Positions 28,566-38,544 of a stretch of 50,740 bases of DNA are shown in pieces; the stretch's first letter is position 1; every line of letters starts with the position of its first letter. Origin of the DNA: a virus (lineage: Duplodnaviria; Caudoviricetes); IMG/VR virus record IMGVR_UViG_3300036045_000015, positions 1-50,740 of that record. One strand, given 5' to 3'. A program made the translations under genes and the position numbers. Under the pieces are notes generated by a model that was not told the origin of the DNA, did no database searches, and was given only the letters and a program-made list of their open reading frames with translations.

Positions 28566-28622
28566 CAAATCGTGGGGGTGGATTGACCGCCCCCTATTTT
28601 ATTTTGAAAAGGACTTATTAGC

Positions 28623-29042
28623 GTGGAACCTACATCAGTATTTGAGTTAAGTGCTGGATTAGTCGTTTTGTGGCTAACATTACACCTAATTCGAACCGTC
28701 TTCGACTTTTTAGGGAAAAGAAATGTCACAATCGAAAACACTAACGACGGGCTGCTGACATTGGTGCAGTCGTTATTATCTGATTTTCGGGCTATTTTGG
28801 ACAGACTTGTGACAACACAGCAAGATATTGCAAATGTCATCTCTCGAATAAGCGAAACACAAAAAACATTAATTGAAAATACTATTCAAGATGCTAAACG
28901 ACATGCAGAAATTATTTCAAGATTAGACGCGGTGTCAGGTCTATTAGACACGCTAATCTCTAAAACAAACGAGAACGCTTGTTCTGCCCCCAACGTCAAT
29001 TCGGGGGGTGCAATTGACGAAAAAACCGCCCTCGACAATTAA
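28623..29042 (+). CDS. Membrane-anchored coiled-coil protein (possible lysis accessory)
   Basis: One N-terminal TM segment followed by a heptad-like helix; AAGGA RBS. Confidence 0.55.
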   Translation: MEPTSVFELSAGLVVLWLTLHLIRTVFDFLGKRNVTIENTNDGLLTLVQSLLSDFRAILDRLVTTQQDIANVISRISETQKTLIENTIQDAKRHAEIISRLDAVSGLLDTLISKTNENACSAPNVNSGGAIDEKTALDN

Positions 29043-29055
29043 TCCTCAATTATTT

Positions 29056-29147
29056 GATATAGTAAACCAAACTACTCGACCAGAAAAGTGCCAAAAAACT
29101 ATAGTTTTATTGCGCTTTTCTGGTCGAGTAGTTTGGTTTACTATATC
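29056..29147. repeat. 36-bp inverted repeat (one T-G mismatch) forming a hairpin of about 92 nt
   Basis: GATATAGTAAACCAAACTACTCGACCAGAAAAGTGC (29056-29091) vs GCGCTTTTCTGGTCGAGTAGTTTGGTTTACTATATC (29112-29147). Confidence 0.95.
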
Positions 29148-29176
29148 TTGACAAGCCGTCATTTTGATGGTAGTAT
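29148..29176 (+). promoter_or_regulatory. Promoter TTGACA-17-TAGTAT abutting the inverted repeat
   Basis: Near consensus. Confidence 0.7.
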
Positions 29177-29205
29177 TAAGACCCCAACTATTTTAGGAGG
29201 TCTAT

Positions 29206-29760
29206 ATGGAAAAATGGGCAAAACCAAATAGCAACGCCCCGTATCAAGTTTCTGATCTTGGGGGCATTCGTTTGTTGAGGCGGGATGGCAGCTATGAGAC
29301 GCTTCGTCCCCAATTTAGAGATGGCGGTTGGTATATCCGCATTAGCTACGAGGGATTTCGTGAACAGCGGTTACTCGCCCGTGCGGTGCTTATGGCATTT
29401 AGCCCCCGTGCCGATGGTTGGGATTACCCGGTTAGCTACATTAATGGCGATAAATCAGATAACAGACTTGTAAATTTGCGCTGGGGGGCGGTAAATGGGC
29501 GGCGCAAGCTGACTGTCGATCAAGTTATCGAAGCGCGTCAACGAATTTTATCGGGCGAACACATTAAAGCGATTGCGCCTGAGTACGATGTAACCAACGA
29601 AGCCTTGAGGTTAGCGGTGCTGGGTATTACTTACGCCGATGCACCTATAAGTGAGTACCAGCGTGAATTAGTCGCAGAAAAACTTGCAGCAAATCGAAAA
29701 GAAGGTCAGCGTATTGGGGGCAGAAAAGGGTTAGGTGTCAAAAAACCTAGATTTTGGTGA
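29206..29760 (+). CDS. NUMOD4/HNH-derived protein with C-terminal HTH; HNH histidines apparently lost
   Basis: EKW...YQVSDLG.IR (NUMOD4); VSYINGDKSDNRLVNLRW (HNH_3-like, H replaced by Y); KLTVDQVIEAR...IA.EYDVT (HTH). Confidence 0.75.
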   Translation: MEKWAKPNSNAPYQVSDLGGIRLLRRDGSYETLRPQFRDGGWYIRISYEGFREQRLLARAVLMAFSPRADGWDYPVSYINGDKSDNRLVNLRWGAVNGRRKLTVDQVIEARQRILSGEHIKAIAPEYDVTNEALRLAVLGITYADAPISEYQRELVAEKLAANRKEGQRIGGRKGLGVKKPRFW

Positions 29761-29789
29761 TTGACACATCCTAAAAAACAAAGTATGAT
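29761..29789 (+). promoter_or_regulatory. Promoter TTGACA-17-TATGAT
   Basis: Near consensus. Confidence 0.8.
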
Positions 29790-29819
29790 TTCTAAGTAAA
29801 CAAATCAAGAGAGGAAAAC

Positions 29820-30989
29820 ATGAGCAAAACAAAAATTTCACACTCTGAAATGTACGCATTAAAAACATGCCCCCGTCGCTGGGCGTATCAATATAAAGAA
29901 CGTCTGCAACGAAAGGGTAAACGCAGTACATACAACATGCTTGTCGGCAGTGCTGTTCACGCGGGCTTAGCCGCCGCGCTGCGTGAAGTTTTTGTTCGTC
30001 AAAAGACTGATGCAAAAAACTTAAGCTATCCGATTAACGCAGCTGAGATTTTGAAGGCGGGTGTTGTTGGTGTCCAAGAATGGCAGATGGCAGAAAATTC
30101 GAAAGTTGACATCAATTTAACGTGGGCGAATGATATTTTAATTGACATTAGCAGCGCTGCATATATCGCTAAAAGTGTGCTGACATATCAATTACCCCAA
30201 TTTGATTTTGATAATGTGTGGTATGTTCTGTCAATTTTTGACGTTTTGGGCGAGGGTTACTCCCCAGATGAGCCGTTTATTGAATACCCCTTCGAATGGG
30301 CTTTACCGGGTTCATTTTTTTTGAAGGGCGCAATTGACGCTGCACTTTACAACGCCGAAGATGGGCGCAGCTATATCATTGACTGGAAAGTGCGGGGCGT
30401 TATTGGCTCAGCACAGCAAGCTGAAATGGACGGGCAGCTGCCGTTATACCTTGCCGCGCTGGTATACAATCGTTATGGAGACGTGAGTAAGGGGGATGAA
30501 TGGGCGATAGCCATGTGGGAATTGTTAAATGAAGTACCTCGCCCCGCTGCGCTTACGACTAAACTTGTGCCGTCATTAACAAAGCAAAAAACAACGTGGG
30601 ATGTTTGGGCGGAAAGCATTCGAGTTGCGGGGTTCAACCCTGAAAGCTACCGGGCGCAAATGGAGGGGAAGCTTCGTAGTCCTGAAACTTATCGGCGTAT
30701 GACAATTATACCGCGCAGCCCAGCGCTGCTTGAAGATGCCTTGCAAACAGCGGGGGCGTGGGCGTCATTAGCAAAACAATACACTGAAAATTCTGCCACG
30801 TCATCTGCATTGGCGGTTTACAACTACATGACGTGCCAAATGTGCCCATACAAGCTGCTGTGCAATGCGCAGCGTCATGGTGATAATGTGGATTATCTGC
30901 TTGCGACTGAATTCGAGGTCGCTCCAAGTGTTGAATACCCCGAATATCAAGAATATTCCGAATACCCTGAAAACGAAGAAGGCAACTAA
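29820..30989 (+). CDS. PD-(D/E)XK exonuclease (Cas4/RecB-like)
   Basis: ISHS...CPRRW.Y.Y, GSAVH, GAIDA, IIDWK, QL.LY and C..CPY...C motifs. Confidence 0.88.
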   Translation: MSKTKISHSEMYALKTCPRRWAYQYKERLQRKGKRSTYNMLVGSAVHAGLAAALREVFVRQKTDAKNLSYPINAAEILKAGVVGVQEWQMAENSKVDINLTWANDILIDISSAAYIAKSVLTYQLPQFDFDNVWYVLSIFDVLGEGYSPDEPFIEYPFEWALPGSFFLKGAIDAALYNAEDGRSYIIDWKVRGVIGSAQQAEMDGQLPLYLAALVYNRYGDVSKGDEWAIAMWELLNEVPRPAALTTKLVPSLTKQKTTWDVWAESIRVAGFNPESYRAQMEGKLRSPETYRRMTIIPRSPALLEDALQTAGAWASLAKQYTENSATSSALAVYNYMTCQMCPYKLLCNAQRHGDNVDYLLATEFEVAPSVEYPEYQEYSEYPENEEGN

Positions 30990-30998
30990 ATTCAGATT

Positions 30999-31033
30999 GC
31001 GGGCTTGACATAAGCCCGCTTATGCTATATACT
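30999..31033 (+). promoter_or_regulatory. Promoter TTGACA-17-TATACT with the -35 box inside the hairpin GCGGGCTT-GACAT-AAGCCCGC
   Basis: Directly visible. Confidence 0.75.
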
Positions 31034-31069
31034 TTTCTGTATCGCTTAAATACAAAAAGGGTAATGCAC

Positions 31070-31693
31070 ATGCCGCCACAAACACTAGTTTTTGCTGCAA
31101 GCACCCCCGTGCAATCTACACTTGTAATCGGGGAACCAAAATCAGGAAAAACAACCTTCGCTGGAAAGCAAGCGCGGGAAACTGTCAGCGAAAGTGGGCA
31201 AATTTTTCTTGTGTCTTTTGGTACGCCGACACATCTTGACGGAGTTCAACGTTTGGTCGTTACAAACAAGGTTGAAGCCAACGGGCTGCGTCAAGTGCTG
31301 CGCGATGTAAAATCGCCAAATTCGGCGCTGATCCTTGATAATTTAGTCGCCTTTCGTGATATTCTAGTAGACGCTGAAGTCGAAAATGCAAAAGATGTTC
31401 GTCGCGTGTACGGCGAGGTTGGCGTAAATATGCTTAATACGCTGCGCGAAGCTTTCCAACTTTTTGGGGGGCGTGTTTGGGCAACGTCCGGCTTGACCGC
31501 TGAGCCAAACGCTAACGGCGTTTTGACGCCTCATCATGATTTGAACCCCGATCTTGTGCGGCGGTTAATCCCCGCCTTCGCCAACGTGCGGTTCACGTAT
31601 TATGACGCTGTGCGTAAGGTTTTCGATGTTCAGGAAAACTCAGCGATGGCAGCAGCATTTATGCGCAATCCAGTCACAACATTAAAATCATAA
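31070..31693 (+). CDS. P-loop NTPase (AAA_24 / Sak4-like recombination protein)
   Basis: GEPKSGKTTFA (Walker A), LILDNL (Walker B); context between exonuclease and SSB-like gene. Confidence 0.7.
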   Translation: MPPQTLVFAASTPVQSTLVIGEPKSGKTTFAGKQARETVSESGQIFLVSFGTPTHLDGVQRLVVTNKVEANGLRQVLRDVKSPNSALILDNLVAFRDILVDAEVENAKDVRRVYGEVGVNMLNTLREAFQLFGGRVWATSGLTAEPNANGVLTPHHDLNPDLVRRLIPAFANVRFTYYDAVRKVFDVQENSAMAAAFMRNPVTTLKS

Positions 31694-31764
31694 ATTTTGG
31701 TGCTTGACTGCATTTGAAAAACGCAGTACAATAACGAATATAAATTAAAAAAGGGAGAAACACA

Positions 31765-32550
31765 ATGCGTGTAGCAAATCAGTACGATGTTACGTTCGAA
31801 ATGAATGAAACCGAGTTACAGCCCCGTCGTTTGTTGACGCCCGATACATACCCCGCAGTTATCACTAGCGCAGAGGCGAAAAATTGGGCATCGAAGCAGC
31901 AAGTAACGTACATGAAGTACATTCTCAATCTCGATGTGCTAGGGAAAGCTGACGAAGCACTGACAACTGTACTTACAACTATTCGTAAAGAAGTTACAGT
32001 TGGCGCAATTAACAGCAATGGCGAATTGTACTCGCCGAACCCGGAATACCCCCCAATTTGGGGCGGGCAAAATGGAGCGAAATATGTTTTAAGTGCTGCT
32101 GGCGTTTTGCGTAGTGGAGTGCCGTTAAGCGTCTCGTTAGCGAACTTCACAGTTAATCAGTTGGTTGGGCGCGTTGTCCGCGTTATGACGAATTACGGCG
32201 GCTATATTCGCGGGGTCGCTGGGGAATATGACCGTGCGGCGTTAGATAAGCTGTTTTTGGATTGGAACGGCGTTGCACTTTCGTCCGACCCCAACGAGGC
32301 GCAAATTCAGGTTAAAGACTGGAATATCGCAAACGGCTATCCTGAAGTCGCAACACGCGAAAAGCCCGCCTTGACGCTTAAGAATGTTGCTACAGGGTTC
32401 TTTAAGCCGATGCAGCAAGATATTGACGCGCACGATTTTGTCGTCGGTCATCTGCCTGAAGGCAACCCGGTTGTTTTCCAAAGTGAGGCGCAGTATCTAC
32501 TAGCTGTGCAACTGCACCAAATGGGCGAAGTTCAAACCCCTAATTTTTAG
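31765..32550 (+). CDS. Putative ssDNA-binding protein (DUF669-like OB fold)
   Basis: LLTPDTYPAVITSAE...LVGRVVRV pattern; context; promoter TTGACT-17-TACAAT at 31704-31732. Confidence 0.55.
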   Translation: MRVANQYDVTFEMNETELQPRRLLTPDTYPAVITSAEAKNWASKQQVTYMKYILNLDVLGKADEALTTVLTTIRKEVTVGAINSNGELYSPNPEYPPIWGGQNGAKYVLSAAGVLRSGVPLSVSLANFTVNQLVGRVVRVMTNYGGYIRGVAGEYDRAALDKLFLDWNGVALSSDPNEAQIQVKDWNIANGYPEVATREKPALTLKNVATGFFKPMQQDIDAHDFVVGHLPEGNPVVFQSEAQYLLAVQLHQMGEVQTPNF

Positions 32551-32564
32551 AATATATTTCTTTG

Positions 32565-32598
32565 GCAGCATCGGCATTAGCCGATGCTGTTTTTTTTT
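32565..32598 (+). terminator. Intrinsic terminator
   Basis: CAGCATCGGC-ATTA-GCCGATGCTG plus T9. Confidence 0.9.
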
Positions 32599-32603
32599 GC
32601 TTA

Positions 32604-32633
32604 TTGACACAGCGCCAGCCTCTATGCTAAAAT
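32604..32633 (+). promoter_or_regulatory. Promoter TTGACA-18-TAAAAT (extended -10 TG)
   Basis: Near consensus. Confidence 0.75.
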
Positions 32634-32657
32634 AGAAAAAAGCAAAGTGAGGGAACT

Positions 32658-35045
32658 ATGACAACCATTGTAAATGTTGCTGATCGTCCACAATTTGACG
32701 CGCTTCTAAAAGAGCTAAGTACCAGCCCGATTATTGTTTTTGACACCGAGACAACGGGGCTTGACTGGCACAAAGATCATTGGATGGTGTCAATGTCATT
32801 TTATTTCCCTGAAAGTGATACAGGCTATAATGTGCCTTTTCGACATGGGATGCGTTTTAACGAAGACCAACGGCGGGCGAATTTATCTAACTGGGCATCA
32901 GAAGTTGCGGGGCTTAGCTGGACGCGCACGGAAAAACTGGAATGGTTCTTTGAGCATTGGTTTGCGCAGTACCATGAGCAAATTATTTGGGGTAACTTGC
33001 CGCTACACTGGCTAACTGAGATTAGCGCAGTATGGGGGCGCGATGATGCGCTTTACATGGGGCATAACGTAAAATTTGACTTGCATGTGTTATCTCGTGA
33101 AGGTTTTAACACCCCGCCCCGCGTTTATGATACGCGCGTAACGGCATTTCATGTCTGGGAGGACTGGAACCGCACTCCATTTTCTATGGTTAATCTGGGG
33201 GGCGACACCGAAATTGGCAGTGTAGGTTTGAAGTGGCAAGCCGATTTTTGGGGGCTTTATCAAAAGGGAGAAGCGAACGGCGAACTCGAATTAGGCAGCA
33301 GTTTGCGTGAAATGGTGCAAAGCATGGTCGAGTTTGCTATTAACAACCCCGACGAAACACTTTTACCGTTCCTACGTAAAAAAGTTGAACTTCATAATTT
33401 AACCGCTGCTGACTGTGATAAGCTGCGCGAGACCCTGATTAAAAAATTTACGGCAATTGTTTTGAAAACGGGCAGCAAATCACAAGCGAACCTATGGCGA
33501 TTGACAGCAGATCAGGTTGCTTATTATGCGGTCATGGACACTGTTTTGACGTGGCGGCTCTATAAGCGGCTCGATGAGAACATTGTGCTGTGGGGGCAAA
33601 GCGCGGTTCATGCTCAAAAACAGCAAGAGATGCTAGAGTTGAGCTACCGCATGGAAAGAAACGGCATTTTAGTTGATATTGACCGCCTAGAGGAACAAAT
33701 GGAGCGCTATGCTGCGCGTGTGCAAAAACTGGTCGCAGATATGCAAGCGCTGCTCCCCGCTGAATTGGGCGAAGATGCGATTAGGGACTTTAATCCCGGC
33801 TCTCCAAAACAATTAATCGCAGTATTCGAATACATGGGTGTACCATTGAAGAATACCGATGCAGAAACGTTACGCCAATACAAAGACTATCCCTTCGTAA
33901 AACTGCTGATTAGCTATCGTAACAGCATTAAGGCGATGAAAACATACTTGTCAAGATGGCGTGATGCACGAGACCATGAAGGCGTTGTACACCCCACTAT
34001 GAATAGTGTTGGTACGGTATCGGGGCGCTGGTCATCATCGGGGGGCGGGGGCAATGCGCAAAACATTCCTGACCGTAAGGGTTATGAGTTGAAGCGGGTG
34101 TTTGTGCCGCCGAATAGTGATTGGTTATTTTTAGCAGTAGACTACGGTCAACTCGAAGCGCGTATCGCTTCATGGATTGCTGAGGATATGCACAAATTCG
34201 ATAGCAACCAAACCATGCTGCGTTTATTTAATGACGGCACTGATATGCACAGCTATACTCGTGACCGGATAGACGTTCGTAACATTCTTTATCCAAATAT
34301 GAGCAGCAGTGATATTTTGATTGCGCGTGGCTATAATCCGGCTAAACTTAACCAAACTGATTGGGATACAAAAGTTGCTGAGGAACTTCGTCAAGTTGCG
34401 AAGACGATGAATTTTGGGCTATTATACAGCGGCGGTAAACGTATGCTGTCTAAACTGCTGCAAATTGACGCAGACCGTGCGGATGTTTTGGTTCAGGAGT
34501 GGCGACGGCTTTTTCCCGCTTTTCCTAGAGCGAACAAGTATTTTGAAAGACAAGCGCTGGAACTACGGGCTGCCCCCAGCGGTTTTGGCAAGCATTATCA
34601 GTATGTGCAAAAACCAATTGTCACACACGATAACAATTTTAGCACGGGCGGCGGTGTACGTAAATTTCATATGTACCCAACCGCGCTGCGTTTAGCGCAT
34701 GGAGGCGTCATTAATCAGCGTGAATGGAAAGCGCAAAAAGCATGGAATAACATAGTTCAGGGCATTAGCGGAGAAATTTGTGTGGCGTCGGGGTTAGAAA
34801 TTGCGAGAGAATTCTCAAATGAAATTCTAAGACCTTTTGCGCAAATTCATGACGCGCTCGAACTTGTTGTTCATCGCAGCCATTTGCATATTGTGCCGCG
34901 TCTGCTGGACATTATGCAAAACTGGCAAACAAACCCACGTTTAACCGTAGACGCCAGCGCCAGCCTTGACAATTGGCACGACTTACGTAAAATTGGTAAC
35001 TTAGATGAATGGATTGCCAGTAACGGAGAGAGTGGATATAAATGA
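32658..35045 (+). CDS. Family A DNA polymerase with 3'-5' exonuclease
   Basis: DTETTG, HNVKFD and YAVMD (exonuclease); TVSGRWSS; DYGQLEAR (A), RQVAKTMNFGLLY (B), QIHD (C). Confidence 0.95.
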   Translation: MTTIVNVADRPQFDALLKELSTSPIIVFDTETTGLDWHKDHWMVSMSFYFPESDTGYNVPFRHGMRFNEDQRRANLSNWASEVAGLSWTRTEKLEWFFEHWFAQYHEQIIWGNLPLHWLTEISAVWGRDDALYMGHNVKFDLHVLSREGFNTPPRVYDTRVTAFHVWEDWNRTPFSMVNLGGDTEIGSVGLKWQADFWGLYQKGEANGELELGSSLREMVQSMVEFAINNPDETLLPFLRKKVELHNLTAADCDKLRETLIKKFTAIVLKTGSKSQANLWRLTADQVAYYAVMDTVLTWRLYKRLDENIVLWGQSAVHAQKQQEMLELSYRMERNGILVDIDRLEEQMERYAARVQKLVADMQALLPAELGEDAIRDFNPGSPKQLIAVFEYMGVPLKNTDAETLRQYKDYPFVKLLISYRNSIKAMKTYLSRWRDARDHEGVVHPTMNSVGTVSGRWSSSGGGGNAQNIPDRKGYELKRVFVPPNSDWLFLAVDYGQLEARIASWIAEDMHKFDSNQTMLRLFNDGTDMHSYTRDRIDVRNILYPNMSSSDILIARGYNPAKLNQTDWDTKVAEELRQVAKTMNFGLLYSGGKRMLSKLLQIDADRADVLVQEWRRLFPAFPRANKYFERQALELRAAPSGFGKHYQYVQKPIVTHDNNFSTGGGVRKFHMYPTALRLAHGGVINQREWKAQKAWNNIVQGISGEICVASGLEIAREFSNEILRPFAQIHDALELVVHRSHLHIVPRLLDIMQNWQTNPRLTVDASASLDNWHDLRKIGNLDEWIASNGESGYK

Positions 35046-35929
35046 ATTCAGTCAAACCGCCGCTAAAATGGGCGGGCAGCAAACGATGGCTGACGCCGTT
35101 CATATCGTTCATATGGTACTCACTTGAAAAACCATATGTGTACGCCCCATTTGCAGGCAGCTTAGCACCTGAACATTTAATCGGGGTGCCAAACGTCGTG
35201 TTTTCGGATAACATAGAGGCGTTACACTACTTTCAACAATGGGTGCGGCTAGGCGGGTTATTCGATTTAAGTTACGGCGTTTATCACGATAACACGCTGG
35301 AAGCGTTTAATCGCGCTAAAAAAGCGTACAATTGTTTAATACAAACGGGTTCAAAACAAACTCCTATTGATAAGCTACACACCGGAAAACTGCTATACAC
35401 CCTAAATCGTCGTGCTTTCAACGGTTTGATCCGCCATAACCGTAAAGGTGAATTCAATGTGCCGTTCGGAAAATACAAACAAGTACAGTACATCACCAAT
35501 TGGGAACCTTATCGTCAACTCTACGCTGGATGGCGGTGGGCGGGTAACGACTACATCCATACGTTACGTTGGGCAGTCGGCACCAATACCTTAAACCAAA
35601 ATAAGCTGATTGTGGCTGACCCGCCGTATTATGGTGGATTTGTCGGTTATTCTGGTCGCGGCTTTAATGCGGGCGATCAAAAAATCCTTGCAAAAATGTT
35701 AGGGGCTATTGCTACGCGCGGTGTTCCAATTATTGCAACAAATAGTGCCCATCAAGATATGCTTGATCTTTACCAAGCCAACGGATTTCAGGTAACACGG
35801 CTCGATGCTCCTAGAAGCATTGCAGCCGCAGCGAACAAACGAGTAAAACAAGTAGAAGCTATTTTTACTCGAAACATTTCACTGGAACTTTTGCAAGCAG
35901 CATTGGAGGCTCAAAATGGACGACGATAA
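35042..35929 (+). CDS. dam: Dam-family (D12 class) DNA adenine methyltransferase
   Basis: PPLKWAGSK, PFAGS, FNGLIR.N.KGEFNVPFG and DPPY motifs. Confidence 0.9.
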   Translation: MNSVKPPLKWAGSKRWLTPFISFIWYSLEKPYVYAPFAGSLAPEHLIGVPNVVFSDNIEALHYFQQWVRLGGLFDLSYGVYHDNTLEAFNRAKKAYNCLIQTGSKQTPIDKLHTGKLLYTLNRRAFNGLIRHNRKGEFNVPFGKYKQVQYITNWEPYRQLYAGWRWAGNDYIHTLRWAVGTNTLNQNKLIVADPPYYGGFVGYSGRGFNAGDQKILAKMLGAIATRGVPIIATNSAHQDMLDLYQANGFQVTRLDAPRSIAAAANKRVKQVEAIFTRNISLELLQAALEAQNGRR

Positions 35930-36113
35930 TCGTAAACTTGCTATTGTAACAACGGGAGAACACGCTGGAAGATTAGTGCTTGTGCCTGTTAATTTGGGCG
36001 ATTATTCCGTTTACCCCTGCACACTGCTAAAACCGGACGAAAGTTTGCCGGGCGGCATGGTTAAAGATAAAGTAATTGCACTGCTGGCGTCGTCGTTTAG
36101 ATTAGTGGAGTAG
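35916..36113 (+). CDS. Small hypothetical protein
   Basis: GGAGG RBS, overlap with the upstream stop. Confidence 0.65.
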   Translation: MDDDNRKLAIVTTGEHAGRLVLVPVNLGDYSVYPCTLLKPDESLPGGMVKDKVIALLASSFRLVE

Positions 36114-36116
36114 AAA

Positions 36117-36440
36117 ATGCCAAGAAAAAATGAAAGCAAAATTGTAGATGAACTGAAAGAATGGGCGCGAAATAAAAACGGGGAACTGACGAAATATCAT
36201 GGTTCCCCGCAATCACGGCGCGGCGAACCTGACCTTGATGGATTTGTCGAACATCTAGGGCGCACCGTTCATGTAAAATTCGAAGTCAAAATACCCGGCG
36301 AAGAATTGCGATTGTTACAAAAACACCGCCTAAACGTTTATCAAAAAGCAGGCTATTGCGCAGGCGTAGTAACATGCGTCGAAGACGCTGAGGGCATGGT
36401 TGACGATTGGGTTAGGGCGGGCAAATGGCTATCCAATTAA
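36117..36440 (+). CDS. VRR-NUC domain nuclease
   Basis: E..I, GEPDL and FEVK.PG...R.LQ motifs. Confidence 0.85.
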   Translation: MPRKNESKIVDELKEWARNKNGELTKYHGSPQSRRGEPDLDGFVEHLGRTVHVKFEVKIPGEELRLLQKHRLNVYQKAGYCAGVVTCVEDAEGMVDDWVRAGKWLSN

Positions 36441-37819
36441 GAGTAGCACTTTGGCAGCATCAACGGGCAATGGTTGATTTTGCTTGCGAAACCCCCGCCG
36501 TACTTTGGGCGGCGGGGGTTGGCACGGGCAAAACGCTTTCGGCAATCGAGGTTGCACGGCGAGTTAACGCTCGCCGTATTTTAGTTATCACACTTAAAAA
36601 TGCGCGAACATTTGTATGGGCAAGAGAAATTGACGCAAACGTTGAAGGATTAAAGTATTTCGTAGTTGATGGCAAAAACGCGCAGACTAAAATTGAGCTA
36701 ACGGATAAAGCATTAAAAGATAGTACAGATGAGCCTATCGTCATTATCACAAATTACGAAACAGCACGGGCGCTGCCATTGGCACGATGGAACTTTGATC
36801 TTGCCATTGCCGACGAAAGTCATATGCTGCAAGCATACGATAGTGTGGCGTCCAATAAATTGGCGCAAGAATGCTGGAACATCCCGCATAAAATTGCAAT
36901 GACCGGAACGCCCTATAGCGATAGACCGTTATCAGTCTACGGTCAAATGCGCTGGCTGTACCCCGACCAAAAAAGGGGCAACTCCCCCTACCTAAGCTGT
37001 AGCATTCTGGGGAGCTATACTAATTTTTTTAGGAACTACACAATAAGCCGCATGGTCGGGGTTGTCCCTATTGTCGAAAAATACATTAACCAAGAGGGGC
37101 TGTCAAATGTTCTGCGTCCATATGTCCTGCATGTAGACCGCCATAAAGTGCTGACCCTTCCAGAAAAACAACACGTTGAAATTTTTGTTGACCCATCACC
37201 CGCACAGCGTAAAGCAATGGCAGAAATGCACCGAGAACTTATCACGCATATTTCTGATAAAGCGGTAACTGCTGCCAATGTTATGGTGAGGTCGGGGCGG
37301 TTGATGGCACTAGCAAACGGTCACAGCATCAGCGAGGACGGCGTGGAAGTTCATCTGCCTAATAACCCGAAAGCAGACGCGGTTGAAGAATTAGTTACAA
37401 TGGCGGGCATTGAACCCGTTGTGATTTTTACGACATTTAAGGCAGACATAACAGCACTGTACGAACGGTTGGTAAAAAAGGGGCTAACCGTTAGCCGATT
37501 GTCTGGCGACTATAATGAATTTGTCACATGGGATGCAGGCAATACACAAATTCTAATTGCTAACTATGCTGCTGGAAGCGCTGCGCTAAAAATGACCCGT
37601 GCGCGAATAACAATATTCTTTGGAATGGGCAACAGCCAAAGAAATTTGCAGCAAGCAATGGGGCGCACGGATAGACCCGGTGCCGATACTAGCCGCAGCG
37701 TGGTTTACTATTATGTTTTGCTGCGAGACAGTATTGACATATTGATAAAAAAAGCGCATAATGATAAACACGAATGGTCACAATATCTGCTAGACAACGT
37801 AAAGCAATTAGGGGGATGA
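36425..37819 (+). CDS. SNF2-family SF2 helicase
   Basis: HQ, GVGTGKT, ITNYE, ADESH, MTGTP and QAMGRTDRPG motifs. Confidence 0.92.
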   Translation: MAIQLRVALWQHQRAMVDFACETPAVLWAAGVGTGKTLSAIEVARRVNARRILVITLKNARTFVWAREIDANVEGLKYFVVDGKNAQTKIELTDKALKDSTDEPIVIITNYETARALPLARWNFDLAIADESHMLQAYDSVASNKLAQECWNIPHKIAMTGTPYSDRPLSVYGQMRWLYPDQKRGNSPYLSCSILGSYTNFFRNYTISRMVGVVPIVEKYINQEGLSNVLRPYVLHVDRHKVLTLPEKQHVEIFVDPSPAQRKAMAEMHRELITHISDKAVTAANVMVRSGRLMALANGHSISEDGVEVHLPNNPKADAVEELVTMAGIEPVVIFTTFKADITALYERLVKKGLTVSRLSGDYNEFVTWDAGNTQILIANYAAGSAALKMTRARITIFFGMGNSQRNLQQAMGRTDRPGADTSRSVVYYYVLLRDSIDILIKKAHNDKHEWSQYLLDNVKQLGG

Positions 37820-37820
37820 C

Positions 37821-38471
37821 ATGGAATTTGTTTCTGAACTTACTAATAAGCTAATCAGCAGCGTAACCGTATTTTACGAGAATTGGGATCAAGAAATTGA
37901 CTACCTTATCCCCAATATCCAGGATCGTATCATTGCGCAGCGCAGCGTTTTGATGGAAGAATTAGAAGAAGCAATGAGCGCCTATCGTCGCGCGTATGGT
38001 GAACTTCCATCAGACATTCTACGAGTAGAAGTCCTGAAAGAACTTGCTGATGTTTTATTTAGCGCAGCGTATCTCACATTACTGTTACTAGTTGCTGCTG
38101 AGGAAGATTTGGCATTTGACATCTTAAGAGACAAATGCAAGCCTCTTTCTAGTATCAGCAAAAGTACCCATTTTCAGTCGCTAAACGCCCTAATGTTCAA
38201 TTATGAATTATCGTTAACTCAATTAGCCACAACTCTCGACAATAGTCAATTGGTGTTTGTCGCTTCAAAGTTGATTAGTGAGACGCTGTTTGTGATTACG
38301 AATATTCCCGCTGATTTTAAGTATTCAATACGCGGGGGTCAAGCATGGAGTGACCAATACGAAACCGTTTGTGTCATGTGGGGTAAACTGCATGAGAATG
38401 AACTCAAAAATCATGAGACACATTACGTTGATGAAAAAGGTAAAGTGCGTCGCCGTTTACGCTGGGCTTGA
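37821..38471 (+). CDS. MazG-like all-alpha NTP pyrophosphatase
   Basis: LMEELEEA and LKELADVLF motifs; C-terminal N..K...DEKGKV. Confidence 0.65.
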   Translation: MEFVSELTNKLISSVTVFYENWDQEIDYLIPNIQDRIIAQRSVLMEELEEAMSAYRRAYGELPSDILRVEVLKELADVLFSAAYLTLLLLVAAEEDLAFDILRDKCKPLSSISKSTHFQSLNALMFNYELSLTQLATTLDNSQLVFVASKLISETLFVITNIPADFKYSIRGGQAWSDQYETVCVMWGKLHENELKNHETHYVDEKGKVRRRLRWA

Positions 38472-38497
38472 CAATACCGCCTTAGTTATAGTAAAAT
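38468..38497 (+). promoter_or_regulatory. Promoter TTGACA-18-TAAAAT
   Basis: Near consensus; the -35 box contains a stop codon. Confidence 0.75.
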
Positions 38498-38544
38498 AAA
38501 AGTTCCAACTAACGAAACATATTTAATCAGGAGAAAAAGACCGC

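Noticed and set aside
30934-30972. 9-bp-period repeat GAATAY... at the end of the exonuclease gene
   Set aside because: Explained as a low-complexity acidic tail (EYPEYQEYSEYPE)
29820-30989. Cas4 as evidence of a CRISPR system
   Set aside because: It sits in an exonuclease / NTPase / SSB recombination context typical of phages
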